Source: Prasinococcaceae sp. CCMP 1430 (lineage: Eukaryota; Plantae; Prasinodermophyta). Taken from it: 64,000 nucleotides of DNA. Numbering within the stretch: the stretch's first letter is position 1; each line of letters starts with the position of its first letter. The DNA is taken from contig RQSC01000027.1 in the NCBI GenBank assembly GCA_013416795.1, positions 267,344 through 331,343 of the forward strand. Reading direction: 5' to 3'. The position numbers were made by a program, and so were the translations under genes. Positions 9,712 through 20,031 of the stretch are shown here, in pieces. The notes under the pieces were generated by a model, which ran no database searches, was not told where the DNA came from, and saw nothing but the letters and a program-made list of their open reading frames with translations.

Positions 9712-12700
9712 ATGGCCACGGTAGACCTTGGCGCAGGCGCGAGTGGCTGGTCCGCGGAGCGCAGAGCGCGCGTGCGCGCGCTCGTCGGAGCGCTGGTTGA
9801 GAGGCTCACGGGGCTCGGCGGGGCACCTGAGCGGGGCGGCGTAGCGGATGCGGACGCCGAGGAGAACCGCGCGACCGCCGTGGCGTTCGTCGAGGGGAAT
9901 CTCAGGCACCACACGTTCCTGGATGTCAACCCCTCGCAGCTCGGGAGGAAGTATGGCGCGCTCGAGGAGCGCTTCCGCAGGCGCGCGCAGCTGCGCAAGG
10001 CCGAGGCGCTGCGCGCGCTCGCAGGGAGGCTCTCGCGCACGCCGTCGCCCGAGCAGGAGCCAGAGGCGAACTACGCGGTCCTGAGCGCGCTCCTGGCACT
10101 CGCGAACGAGCCACTCAAGTCCGAGGACGCCTACCCGCCAGAAGGGTGGGACACCACAGCCGCTCAGCGCTGGGAGGCCGATCCGGGCCGTCAAGGAGGG
10201 GCCAACGCGTTCGGCGAGTTCGACGGACCGCTGGGAGCTACGCTCGGCGACGGGCCGCGTGCCGCGGTGGACGTCGACGTCGACGACGACGCAGGGTCGA
10301 TGGGAAGCTGGCACTACTCGGAGCTGAGCGGGGAGGAGGACCTGTCCGACTGGAGCGAAGACGAGCCACAGAGCGAAGAGGTTGAGCGATGGAGGCGGCG
10401 GCGCGAGGAGGAGATCGCCTCGGCCGCGGCCGAGGCGCGCGCGAGACAGGAAGCCCAGCAGACGGAGGGGCAGGTGGGTAATGAGAGAGGGGACGGCCGT
10501 GCTGCGGCGTGTGATTTTGGAGGGCGGCTGTTGGGCGCCACGGTCGATGACGACAGCGAGGCGGGCACGCCGCAACGTGAGAGACGGAGGCAGCCACAGA
10601 CAGTGCTTGAAGCAACCCTCGCGCAAAGCGATCCCGGCCTAAGCACCGAGCCGACGCACACGGAACTGGAGCTCGTTCGCCAGATCGTCGCGATGGTGCG
10701 CTACGGTGCAGTCGGGGGCGCTTTCTTACTCGCAGATGCGGGCGCAGACGTGGGGAACATGGCGAGGACGCGTTTCGTGCTCGCGCCGATGGTGCAGGTG
10801 TCGCACCTGTCGCGTACGGCGCTGCGATCTGCCGTCGAGCCGCTGCTGGACATTGCCACAGCCTTGCTGAAGCTGAGGAGGGTATCTAGTGCATGCGCCG
10901 CGCCTGCACGAGGAGGCGCCCGGGCGATACCTACCGCGGCAGCCATGGGCGGGGCGCTGCGGCGCGCGCTGGACGCGGCGCTGGCGCCAACAGAGGGCAT
11001 CGAGGTTACGGCAATGTGTAGCGCTGAGGACGGCGGCACTGACCTATGCTCGTGCACGCTGGCGTGGTTGAGCACGTCCATGGCCGACGCTGGGCTTCCA
11101 TCCGCAGTGTGCGCGCTTGAAGCTGCCGTTTCGGCTGCCCGCCTGTATGAACTGTGTGGGATGAGCAAGGTGCGGGGCTCCGTCCGTGCTGACGCCGTGG
11201 AGGTGGCACGCAGCCTGTCAGGATTGTACGCACAGGCTGAGCGAGAGTGGGCCGCGGGACAGCCGCCAGACGAGGCATACGCGATGCCCATGCTCATCGA
11301 CGCGCTCCATCCCTATGCCGAGAGTCTGAGCGCGTGGCTGCACGAGGGGAACACCGAACCGGGTGAGACTCAGGGGGCGTTCGTGCGCGACGCTGGCGCT
11401 GTGGAGAAATCGCGCTTTTGGGCGGACAGGTACTCGATCGATGAGGAGCTGTGCCCGTCCTTCTTGCGACAGTCGGCTGCGGCGATTCTGGAGGCTGGTA
11501 AGTCTCTGCGTCTCCTCAGGGACGCTGGTCCGAAGTTGGACGAGGTTGGATCGGCGTGCGGAGCTGGTGGGGATTCGCCACGCGCCGAAGCAGGCGCGAG
11601 CAGCCCGCGCTCAACGCTCGTGTACTCGGCTGCAACGAGTGCGGCAGAGACAGATGAGATCGTCGCGCTGGCCGAGGCTGTCACCGAGCGGCCTGCCTCT
11701 CTGTCTGACCGCATGCGCGCGGGCACTGAGGACCTCGTCGCAGGCTCGCTGGCCGCGCGCGAACGCGCGCCAGGGGATGCAAGTCTGCTCGAGCTCGGCC
11801 TTGATCCGAGCACGCTATGTGGTGTCGCTCGTGATCCCGCAGATGGCGCCGCGGAGGGGGAGGACGCACGCGCGGGCGCTCGCGTGCCTGCCGCCCCCGC
11901 GTCCGCCTCGGCCCCGCGTTCGGCGACGCAGCTTGGACTCGATATCTTGCGGGGGGACGCACTGCTCGCCTCGGATGCGACGCGCGCGCCGTGGCAATCA
12001 TCAGAGGTCCCGTCAGGAGCCGCCTCTGGTGGGTCGTACGGCGTGGGCGCGCACGCTGGCGTGGCCGCGTCTTCCTCAGCCGCCGCTGCATTGGCACTCT
12101 CCGCCGGTGTGGCAAAGTCGCTCGAAGTACCCGAGCCGTCCGAACGAGTGGAATCGATGGCTGCGTCGGGAGCGGTGCGGGCTGCGCTGGTGGCTTCGCC
12201 ACCGTCCGCGGTGCTCGCCGCATCCCTGCTGGATCCTGTCACCGAGCGGTGCGAAGAGATCGCCGCAAAGGTGTGCGCAGTGGCACGGACCGTGTGGAAG
12301 CTGCCCGAGACGCTGGCGTCTCTCCGTGCAGTGTACCTGTGCGCGGCCGGTGACGCGATCCACGCATTTGCGTCTACGGAACTTTTTGACCGCATCGCCA
12401 AGCCCGCGGCTATCGACGACGAGAGCGCGCTGAGCGCCTCTCTGTCTGCTGCGCTGGCAGATTCGTGCCATGCTGAAGCGCGCGACGCTGCCGACGCAGT
12501 TCGCGTCCGCGTGCTTGGCGCTGGCGGCGCTCGCACGCGTGGCGCCCCTGCCATCGCGCGAGACGGTGGCCTCGACGCTATCTCCTCTCTTAGGGTCGAC
12601 TTCGACGTCGCGTGGCCAGCGAACATTGTGGTAGACGCAGCTGCTCTGTCGCAGTACAATGCGGTCCTGCGCCTCATGCTGCAGCTCAAGCACGCGCATA

Positions 12701-13251
12701 GCTCCCTCGCGGCCGTGCCAATATGTGCTGGAGAAGCTGCCGCCGAGGAAGACGCTGCTGCGGCGGCGGCGGGGCGGCGCGTGGCTGTGCTGCGCGCGAA
12801 GCTGCTGAATTTTGTATCCGCCCTGCGCTCGCACGTCATGCACCGCTCGCTGGACGGCTGCTGGCACATGCTCCAGAGCGCGATGGCCGCGGCGACTTCG
12901 CTGGAGGAGATGTGCGCGGCGCATCGTGCGTATCTGCACGCCCTTTCCCGGCAGTGCATGATTGCGCCTGACAAGTTCTGGTCGCTGGTGTCTGAGCGCG
13001 TGCAGTCGGCATTGAGCGCTGTGCTTGCCTTCACGGCCGCGGCGGGGACGCTGTCTGACGGGTACTGCTCGGCTGCTGAGGTCAGGCGAGCAATGGCAGC
13101 CGTCGAGAAGGCTGAACGCGCTTTTGACGAGTCGGTGCGCTTCCTCATCCAGGTACTGAACGCCAAGCTCAAGGTGGGCACATTTCCCGCCCTCGCGGAG
13201 CTGCGCGGTTCCCTGGACTTCAACGGCTTTCATGGCTCGCGCATTGGATGA
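9712..13251 (+). CDS. GCP5: Gamma-tubulin complex component 5
   Basis: N-terminal NLRHHTFLDVN...YGALEERF and NYAVLSALLALANEP, acidic WxExSGEEDLSDW segment, and Spc97/98 GRIP motifs (LRAVYLCAAGD, YNAVLRLMLQLKHA, LNFVSALRSHVM, L...LDFNGF). Confidence 0.88.
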   Translation: MATVDLGAGASGWSAERRARVRALVGALVERLTGLGGAPERGGVADADAEENRATAVAFVEGNLRHHTFLDVNPSQLGRKYGALEERFRRRAQLRKAEALRALAGRLSRTPSPEQEPEANYAVLSALLALANEPLKSEDAYPPEGWDTTAAQRWEADPGRQGGANAFGEFDGPLGATLGDGPRAAVDVDVDDDAGSMGSWHYSELSGEEDLSDWSEDEPQSEEVERWRRRREEEIASAAAEARARQEAQQTEGQVGNERGDGRAAACDFGGRLLGATVDDDSEAGTPQRERRRQPQTVLEATLAQSDPGLSTEPTHTELELVRQIVAMVRYGAVGGAFLLADAGADVGNMARTRFVLAPMVQVSHLSRTALRSAVEPLLDIATALLKLRRVSSACAAPARGGARAIPTAAAMGGALRRALDAALAPTEGIEVTAMCSAEDGGTDLCSCTLAWLSTSMADAGLPSAVCALEAAVSAARLYELCGMSKVRGSVRADAVEVARSLSGLYAQAEREWAAGQPPDEAYAMPMLIDALHPYAESLSAWLHEGNTEPGETQGAFVRDAGAVEKSRFWADRYSIDEELCPSFLRQSAAAILEAGKSLRLLRDAGPKLDEVGSACGAGGDSPRAEAGASSPRSTLVYSAATSAAETDEIVALAEAVTERPASLSDRMRAGTEDLVAGSLAARERAPGDASLLELGLDPSTLCGVARDPADGAAEGEDARAGARVPAAPASASAPRSATQLGLDILRGDALLASDATRAPWQSSEVPSGAASGGSYGVGAHAGVAASSSAAAALALSAGVAKSLEVPEPSERVESMAASGAVRAALVASPPSAVLAASLLDPVTERCEEIAAKVCAVARTVWKLPETLASLRAVYLCAAGDAIHAFASTELFDRIAKPAAIDDESALSASLSAALADSCHAEARDAADAVRVRVLGAGGARTRGAPAIARDGGLDAISSLRVDFDVAWPANIVVDAAALSQYNAVLRLMLQLKHAHSSLAAVPICAGEAAAEEDAAAAAAGRRVAVLRAKLLNFVSALRSHVMHRSLDGCWHMLQSAMAAATSLEEMCAAHRAYLHALSRQCMIAPDKFWSLVSERVQSALSAVLAFTAAAGTLSDGYCSAAEVRRAMAAVEKAERAFDESVRFLIQVLNAKLKVGTFPALAELRGSLDFNGFHGSRIG

Positions 13252-13256
13252 CCCAC

Positions 13257-13261
13257 TGTAA
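13257..13261 (+). promoter_or_regulatory. TGTAA polyadenylation signal (representative)
   Basis: Lies 6 nt after the GCP5 stop. The same motif appears near other 3' ends: + strand at 43409 and 48926; - strand at 23852-23856, 33694-33698 and 43475-43479. TGTAA is the known chlorophyte poly(A) signal. Confidence 0.7.
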
Positions 13262-13555
13262 AACTGTCGCTCTTACAGGTGTGTACTGTACTTTGAAGAA
13301 ACGCTGTCAGAGCCGCAAAGGGGGGGTGCGCGTGTGACTTGCTGCGCATCTCCCGCGTGTCTCATTCGGTGAGGCAGAGGGCAGAGCCATGCCCCTCAGT
13401 TAGCTGCATTCTCGCACACGTAGGTCTTTCGACGCCTCCGACAATCTCAACGGTGTCTCCCGCGGCTGGCGAGCGACGTAGCGTCCGTCGCGCAGGGTCC
13501 CTTCGCACGCGTCGCCAGCAATGCGGGTTCCAAGCTTGGGAGGCAAAGGGGTCGC

Positions 13556-15826
13556 TCAGACCCAACCGCGAGCTGCCGCCTGCTGGTTGCTGGGCGCGCG
13601 GCGGCCAGGGGGTCTTGGTTTTGGCGGTGGCCACGGCGCGAGTGGATCCATCTGTTCAGGAAGCATTGGTGGGGGAGGCTCCGCCGCGGGGTCCGAGGTT
13701 GGGCTCGGGCTCGGACTCAGACCGCGCTCGAGCAGCCACACTCGAGCGTTCAGGCTGCGGGCTTTGCTGCCTCCCTTGGCATCGCGAGGGGCTTCGTCGC
13801 TGGATACCATCAGGTTGGTCCTGTCCTCCAGCGCAGAGGTGGCTGCAATGCTGGGATCAGTTTCGAAGCGTATGTTCCTGCGCGCGTCAGTTTGCTGTGG
13901 CTCTTCCGCACTGACCCACTCCCCGAAACTGGACGACACTGACGTTGCGCTCGCGTGTCCACTGCTGGCGGGACGCGGCGGCGATGCCATGGCCGGGGCG
14001 TCATCGCACTCCTGCGGCATCGGCAGCGCCTTTGGCGAATCGCAGGGCCCCGCCACCAGAGTGGGAAATTCGGGCTGGCCCTCGCTGTCCGGGACAACGG
14101 AGGTAGGGCTCGAGTTGGCCGCGGCGGAGAGAGCGACCGCCTCAACGTCGCCCACGGACGCGGCGGGCGAGATCCGCGGCTCGTTGGGCGCGCCTTCCTC
14201 GTCGATGCGGCCCTTGCTGCTGCTAAACGGCGACGTGTCTGCTACCACTGCCTCCGCCGACCCAGCGCATTTGTTGGACGCATGTGCAGACTCGGCGACG
14301 TCGTTTTCCTCCGCCTCTGTAGCTTCGAGGTCTGCCTCCTCATGAATGGTGGGGGAGAGCGAGAAATGCGGCCTGCTTCCGACGCTGCCGCTGCTTGCCT
14401 GCGGCGGCGGCGACTGCTGTTGCCTCGCCTCCATGTGCTTTGGCTGCCCGGGCAATGGCGTTCCTCCCGGCGACCGCTTGAGGTTTGTCTTCCGTAGCGG
14501 ATTGTTCCCTCGCTGGCGAAGCTCAGCCATGAGCGCGTCGCGAGGCGTCACCGGCGGCAGTGGTGCGCGCGCCACAGGAGGCGGCGGTGGCGGCTTCGGC
14601 GGTGGCGGACAGGCGGCCGTCGGCGCGCCGGGAGCAGCTCCGCCGAGTGCCGATGGGAGCGGGGCCGGCGGGGGAGGAGGGGCCGGCGGAGGAGGCGCTG
14701 TCGCCTGCACGTGCGCGGCCGCAACAGCGGCGGTGCTGGTAAACGGCGCCTGCTGCGGCATTGCCGGGACGGAAGCTGGCAACGGAGTTGCTGCGACCAG
14801 TGGAGCTGCTTGCACGCGCGTCGCCATCTGCGGGCTACGGTTCACAGAGCTCGTGCTCTCATCGTCAGAGCCTGCGACGCTTGGTATGTAGCATCCTACG
14901 AAGCAGCCACCCTTGCGGCCGAAGAGCCCGCCGCCGCTGCGCTTGCTTTTCTTCTTCTGCTTGTGCTTCGCCGTCGAGGCCTTGCCCGTCGCCTCCGCGC
15001 GCACCGCCGGTGGCTGCTGCTGCTCTGCCACGCGCGCGCTCATCTGCTCCATGCGCGACCGCAGCTCCTTGATCTCCTCTTGCATCGCCGCGGACCTTGG
15101 GGACGGCCTCGACTCCTCGGCGGCGGCGGTGGGAATTGTCATTCCGGCCGCCGCGGACAGCGCCCTCGGTGCGTCCCTCGCCGCCTTACGCAGCGCTTCC
15201 CGCTCCGCCTTCGCTTGCTCGGGCACCGCGGCCAGCGCCGACACCGCGCGGGTAGGCGCTCTCGTCTTGCCCGCAGCCAGGTCGCGTGACGCTGTGCCTG
15301 GGGTCAGGGGCTGCCTGCGCCGCGCAACCCAGGGCGTCGCCGGCTCGGCCTTCCTCGGCGGCGACAGCGGCGCGCGTGCGGAGCCCAGCGACGTCCTGCG
15401 GCGCGGCTGCCCGGCCAGCGGCGAACGGCTGCGTGGCCTCGAGCGGGCGCCCTTCGCGTCGCCCGCGCGCGGGGGCGCGTTTTCCTTCCACGCCGCTCCG
15501 TCGCAGAGGCCACCGGCGCCACCGGTCTGAGCCTCGCGGGCTTCCTTCGACTTCGGCTTCGAAAACAGCCCGACGCGGCGAGTGCGCCGAGGGCTGGCGC
15601 TTCGGTAGTTGTTCCACGACGAGGTTGCAGTGCGCATCTCCGCCGCCGCCGACGACGCGTGGCGCTGCTCCTCAACGACGCGCGCGCCTGCGCGGCCAGG
15701 CCTGACACCCACGCTCGCCTCGCGACCGCCTGTGGCTGTCACGCGCGCGACATCGGCGCCTGCGCCTCGGTCGATGACGACGCGCTGTGCCGCCGCGCGC
15801 TCGCGCCAGCGCTGCGACATCGACAT
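13556..15826 (-). CDS. Proline-rich protein with WH2-like / PRR11-MTFR-type LRKT..RSPGGTP motif
   Basis: Basic N-terminus, short coiled coil, polyproline tracts, then RDALMAELRQRG..PLRKTNLKRSPGGTPL. The start (MSMSQRW) and the 3' end are uncertain. Confidence 0.55.
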   Translation of the reverse strand: MSMSQRWRERAAAQRVVIDRGAGADVARVTATGGREASVGVRPGRAGARVVEEQRHASSAAAEMRTATSSWNNYRSASPRRTRRVGLFSKPKSKEAREAQTGGAGGLCDGAAWKENAPPRAGDAKGARSRPRSRSPLAGQPRRRTSLGSARAPLSPPRKAEPATPWVARRRQPLTPGTASRDLAAGKTRAPTRAVSALAAVPEQAKAEREALRKAARDAPRALSAAAGMTIPTAAAEESRPSPRSAAMQEEIKELRSRMEQMSARVAEQQQPPAVRAEATGKASTAKHKQKKKSKRSGGGLFGRKGGCFVGCYIPSVAGSDDESTSSVNRSPQMATRVQAAPLVAATPLPASVPAMPQQAPFTSTAAVAAAHVQATAPPPPAPPPPPAPLPSALGGAAPGAPTAACPPPPKPPPPPPVARAPLPPVTPRDALMAELRQRGNNPLRKTNLKRSPGGTPLPGQPKHMEARQQQSPPPQASSGSVGSRPHFSLSPTIHEEADLEATEAEENDVAESAHASNKCAGSAEAVVADTSPFSSSKGRIDEEGAPNEPRISPAASVGDVEAVALSAAANSSPTSVVPDSEGQPEFPTLVAGPCDSPKALPMPQECDDAPAMASPPRPASSGHASATSVSSSFGEWVSAEEPQQTDARRNIRFETDPSIAATSALEDRTNLMVSSDEAPRDAKGGSKARSLNARVWLLERGLSPSPSPTSDPAAEPPPPMLPEQMDPLAPWPPPKPRPPGRRAPSNQQAAARGWV

Positions 15827-16350
15827 CGCCCGGCCGGGAGCCTGCGAGTGCCGAGCGCGGGCCACGGAGTCGCCCGCAGGTCCTCCGTCCGCGCCGCCGT
15901 CGCCGCGACCGCGCCTGGAGGCGCCACGCAGCCGCCTGCCGGCGCCGCACCAAGGGCGGCGGGGCTGAAATTCAAACTCGTTTTCGCGTCGCGCGTCTGA
16001 TCGCGCCCGACCTCGCCGGCCCGCGGCAGCCCTCCTCGGCGCCCCCCCCCCCCACGCGTCCCGCGGCACGCGCCGCGCGACAGGGGCGCCAACGGGGAGG
16101 GGGGAGGGGCCAACGCGGGGCCCTCGGAAACGCCCTGAGGCGGCTTGTCCCGCTGCCGCGCCGCGCGCGCGCTCTGTGGTGTTAGCGCCGTGCGCCGCGA
16201 CGCCGTCCCCGGCGGGGCGGAAGCGAGCGCGCGCGGTGCGCCGAACAGCTCGTTTTCGCGTTCAGACGGCTGTTCGCGCTCGCGGGCGCCGTTTGTGTGT
16301 GTGTGCCGCCCTCGGACCGACAGCGCGCTCGGGACGAACACGAGCACACC

Positions 16351-16386
16351 AAACAAACAAACAAACAAACCAACCAACAAACAAAC
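16351..16386 (+). repeat. (AAAC)n / (AACC)n microsatellite
   Basis: AAACAAACAAACAAACAAACCAACCAACAAACAAAC in the divergent intergenic region upstream of the NIT kinase. Confidence 0.85.
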
Positions 16387-17060
16387 ACCCCCTCTGCTGG
16401 GCGTCGGTCGTGCAACGGTACTGAGGAAATTGGAAGATGACGCGAGATCCATCATTTCCCCCGATCGACAGCGGGCCACCGTCCAGTTCCAACCAACCAA
16501 AAAACCGCCAACAGACAGTCATCAACCGACCGAAACCTCACCCCGACGTCACCCACGTGCCACGTGGGATTTATTTGTTGGGGTGAACCCGGGCTTGGAT
16601 CCGTAACTGGCGCACCCGGCACGAATGGCACGCACGTGCGGCCGTTACAAAAGCCTGCAGAATTTATCCAAAATCGCTGCCGGCGCGCGCCGCTTGCGCG
16701 CGCGCACGCCGCGCGCGCGCGAACCGAACTGCGGGCCAAATTCGCGCTCCGCGCGTTCCGCGGTTCGATATCACCAAGCATTGGGATCCCGGCGCACGTC
16801 TGCGCGGTGTAATTCCGAACCCGCTTCGCCTCCGCACGGACGGCGAGCCGGATTTGGGGCGCTCGGTGCTGTTCATACGATGACCCTTCGGCGCTGGCAG
16901 AGGCTCGGCGCATGCTCTTTTGATGGGGGCCAGCCAGCGGGCGAGTCGGTTCGCAGCCGCGCCGCGCGGCGGCCGCCGCCGCGCACCCCACCCGGGTTGG
17001 GCAGCAGGTGGCTGCGCCGGCGATGGGCGCCGCCCCACCCCAAACACACCCCGTTCAGTC

Positions 17061-19632
17061 ATGCCTGGCGCACGCTATCTGGAGACCACGGCACTCGCCA
17101 GTCCGGGCTCGAGCAGTGACACTCAAGGCACGCTCTCACGCTCGCTCTCCATGACGTCCTTGTGTGATAGCGAGGCCTCTCCGCGCTCACTTCGGCGTGG
17201 CACCCTGTCCCCCCTGTCCCACGGGCCCATGGGTGGCGATGGCGGCAGCATGCGCCGTCGCTACAGCATGCGCATCAACAGCGTGCGCATGTCCGCGGCG
17301 GGGCGCACTCCGGTGGACCGCGTATTCACCGCCGACGCGATCATGAACCTGGTGCACCTGATTCAGCGCGAGCGCGGAGTGACCTGCGCGCTGCTTGGCG
17401 GCTCTCGGGCCGAGTCGTTCGCGCCGGTCGTGCGGGCCGCGAGGCGGGACGTTGACAAGGTGATGGAAGAGCAGTGCTGGCCCGCCGCGCGGTGTGCGTG
17501 CCTGGCGAAAGCGCGTGCCTCTGCAGACCACCCGCTGGCGGACGCGCTGGCCGGGCGCAGAACCAGCAGGTCGGATGCGGCGCGGGTCGACGCGTTTTGC
17601 CGGGCGTTTGAGGATTACAACTCGTTGATGAGGCAGGAGATCGACCATGCGTTCGCCCAGGTCAAGGTGGACGGCTACGAGTGGGAGCTGGGCAAAATGT
17701 ACGCGACGTACGAGGCCTTCGCGCGGCTCAAGGTGCGTGCCGCCGCGAGCAAACGCTCCGCCGAGCGCGTGCGCGCCAGGGCTTCTCCTGCTCTTCCGCG
17801 GCCTTCTCTCTGACGCGCGCACATCCTCCTGCCCGCGTGCTTGCCGGTCGCGCGTACTCGCGTAGGAGGCAACGGGCAAGGAGCGCGCGTTCGTCTGCGG
17901 CATAACCTCTCTGCCCACCAAGAAGTCGGTTGAGCTCGTGTCGCAGCGCACCAGGGCCGACCTCATCGTGGCCCTCAACGAGCAGCAGCTGCACCGCACG
18001 TTCGTGAAGAAGCACGCGCCTCGCACGGTCATGCAGATCATCGAAACTGGGCTTACCTACGAAAGCACGGAGCTGCGCAACATCCACAGGACGCTCGAGG
18101 AGACGTTCGACTACATCTCGCTGTGGGGAGTGAACAGCTACTCGCTCTGGCTGAAGTATAGCGTCCACATCGACCGCACGCGCCAGCTGCAGGTGCTCTT
18201 GGACCAGCTGATGCGCAACGCCATGACCAAGGAGGAGGAGGACGAGAACGTGAATGAGGATCTCATCGCTCGCACGATGGCGCTCGTGCACGCGCCACCG
18301 GCCGTCAAGCCCGGCGAGGCGTGGGAGGGGCAACGGGACGCCATCATGCGCGAGCTTGTCGATGCAGACGCGGATGCGCTCAAGCGCGCACTGCTGAGGG
18401 TGGTCGACCTCGCAGGCACAGAGGAGGACGCGTCCCTCCGCTCATTTGACTCACCCCGTTCGCCACGTGGGGTGGGACCGGAGCCGTTCCGAGCGGCGAG
18501 GCCGATGTGGCCGAACTGGCTGTCGTGCCTCTGCGGTGGGAATGGGGCCACCGCGCCGTCTTCGCGCCCGCGCGTGGTCCCGGGCCGTTTGCCGCCTCAG
18601 GCCGCGGGCAAGTTCGAGAACGCGTCTTTCGTGCAGAAGTTCGGCATTGGCCTCTACGAACTTCAGTTCCAGCACAAGATTGGCTCCGGGGCAGCGGGCA
18701 CCACCTACGCCGCGGACTTTAAAGGCAAGCGGGTCGCCGTCAAGGTCGCCGGGAGCAGTGAGGTCAGCCTGGATGGATGGGAGGCTGAGGTGGTCGTGCT
18801 GGGCTATCTGAATCACGTCAACGTCGTGAGCTTCCTGGGGGCGGTGATGGAACCTCCCACCCACTGCCTGGTCATGGAGTTCTGCGAGGGAGGGGACTTG
18901 AGCGCGGCGCTCACGCGCAGCACGCCCAAGGGCTTCTTCATGCGCATGGCACGAGGAATCGCCAGCGGCATGGAATACCTGCACTCGAAGAGCATCCTGC
19001 ACAGAGACCTCAAGTCCTCCAACGTGCTGCTGTCTGCAGACCTGGAAGCCAAGGTCACCGACCTCGGGCTCTCCGTGGCGCTCCGCACCGAGGACGACGA
19101 GACCATCGCGCGCGCCCACGTGCTCACTTCGGAGATCGGCACGTACCGGTGGATGGCGCCCGAGGTTTTGCGGCACGAGTGGTACGTCACGTCGGCGGAC
19201 GTGTTCTCCTACTCGATGGTGCTCTTTGAGATCCTCACACATCAGCTTCCGCACGCGGATCGGACGCCGCTCAAGGCTGCTCTGTCCAACGCCACCGGCG
19301 ACGGCGAGCGGCCGCGGCTGCCGGAAGGCGTGCCGCCGGCGGTGCGAGCGCTCGTTGAGGCATGCTGGGACAGCATGCCGCACCGTCGCCCGGCGTTCGC
19401 CGACATAGTCCGGCGGTTGGACGCAATCGAGGCCGAACTGACTCCCGAGGAGCGCGCATGGCTCGACGCGCCTGAGGGCCATCCTGTGTACACCAAGGCG
19501 GAGATCGAGGCGGCCAGCACCAAGAAGAACTCCAGGACGGCGGAGCTCGAGACCGCCGACAGCAAGAGGTCGTCGAAGAAGTCGTCCGCAAGGTCGTCCG
19601 ATCACGGGACGCGCTCGACGACGCCCAGATGA
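17061..19632 (+). CDS. NIT (nitrate/nitrite-sensing) domain - Raf-like/TKL Ser/Thr kinase; 2 exons (17061-17732, 17866-19632)
   Basis: Removing the GT-AG intron 17733-17865 gives LVHLIQRERG...FARLK|EATGKERAFVCG...LWLKYSVHIDR, the NIT signatures. Kinase motifs are IGSGAAG, VAVK, HRDLKSSN, DLG and GTYRWMAPE. No TM segment is seen. Confidence 0.85.
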
Positions 19633-20031
19633 ATTGAAGGTGCCAGCGAATGCACAGTCCACCGCATTGCGATTTATTTTGCTGCATAATTTTGGAAAGG
19701 AAAAAACTTGAAAAGAAATGCAATTTGATGTACATGTACAGTATGTAGTATGTTCCCACACGAGGGTACACAAAAATTCAAACAGGCGCCATTCTTGCGC
19801 GAAGGCGCGCGGGCGGGCGCGCACGTGCCACATCGCGCGTGTGTCACACCGTGGAGGCGCCGGCCCGGCGCACGCGGGCTTTCGCCCCGCCGGCGTGTCC
19901 ATCGTGCGCGCATCGTCCACACTCTACGCACACATCCCGCCTGGCACCCTGTCTGGCACCTGTATCCTGGCCTGCGCCTGCTTCAATCTGCAGGGCTGTT
20001 GGCGTGCTGCATCCGTCTTGCGCACGGCACT

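Noticed and set aside
16554-16566. Tandem G-boxes CACGTG-C-CACGTG upstream of the NIT kinase
   Set aside because: Six-mers are common in GC-rich DNA and function cannot be supported from the sequence alone.
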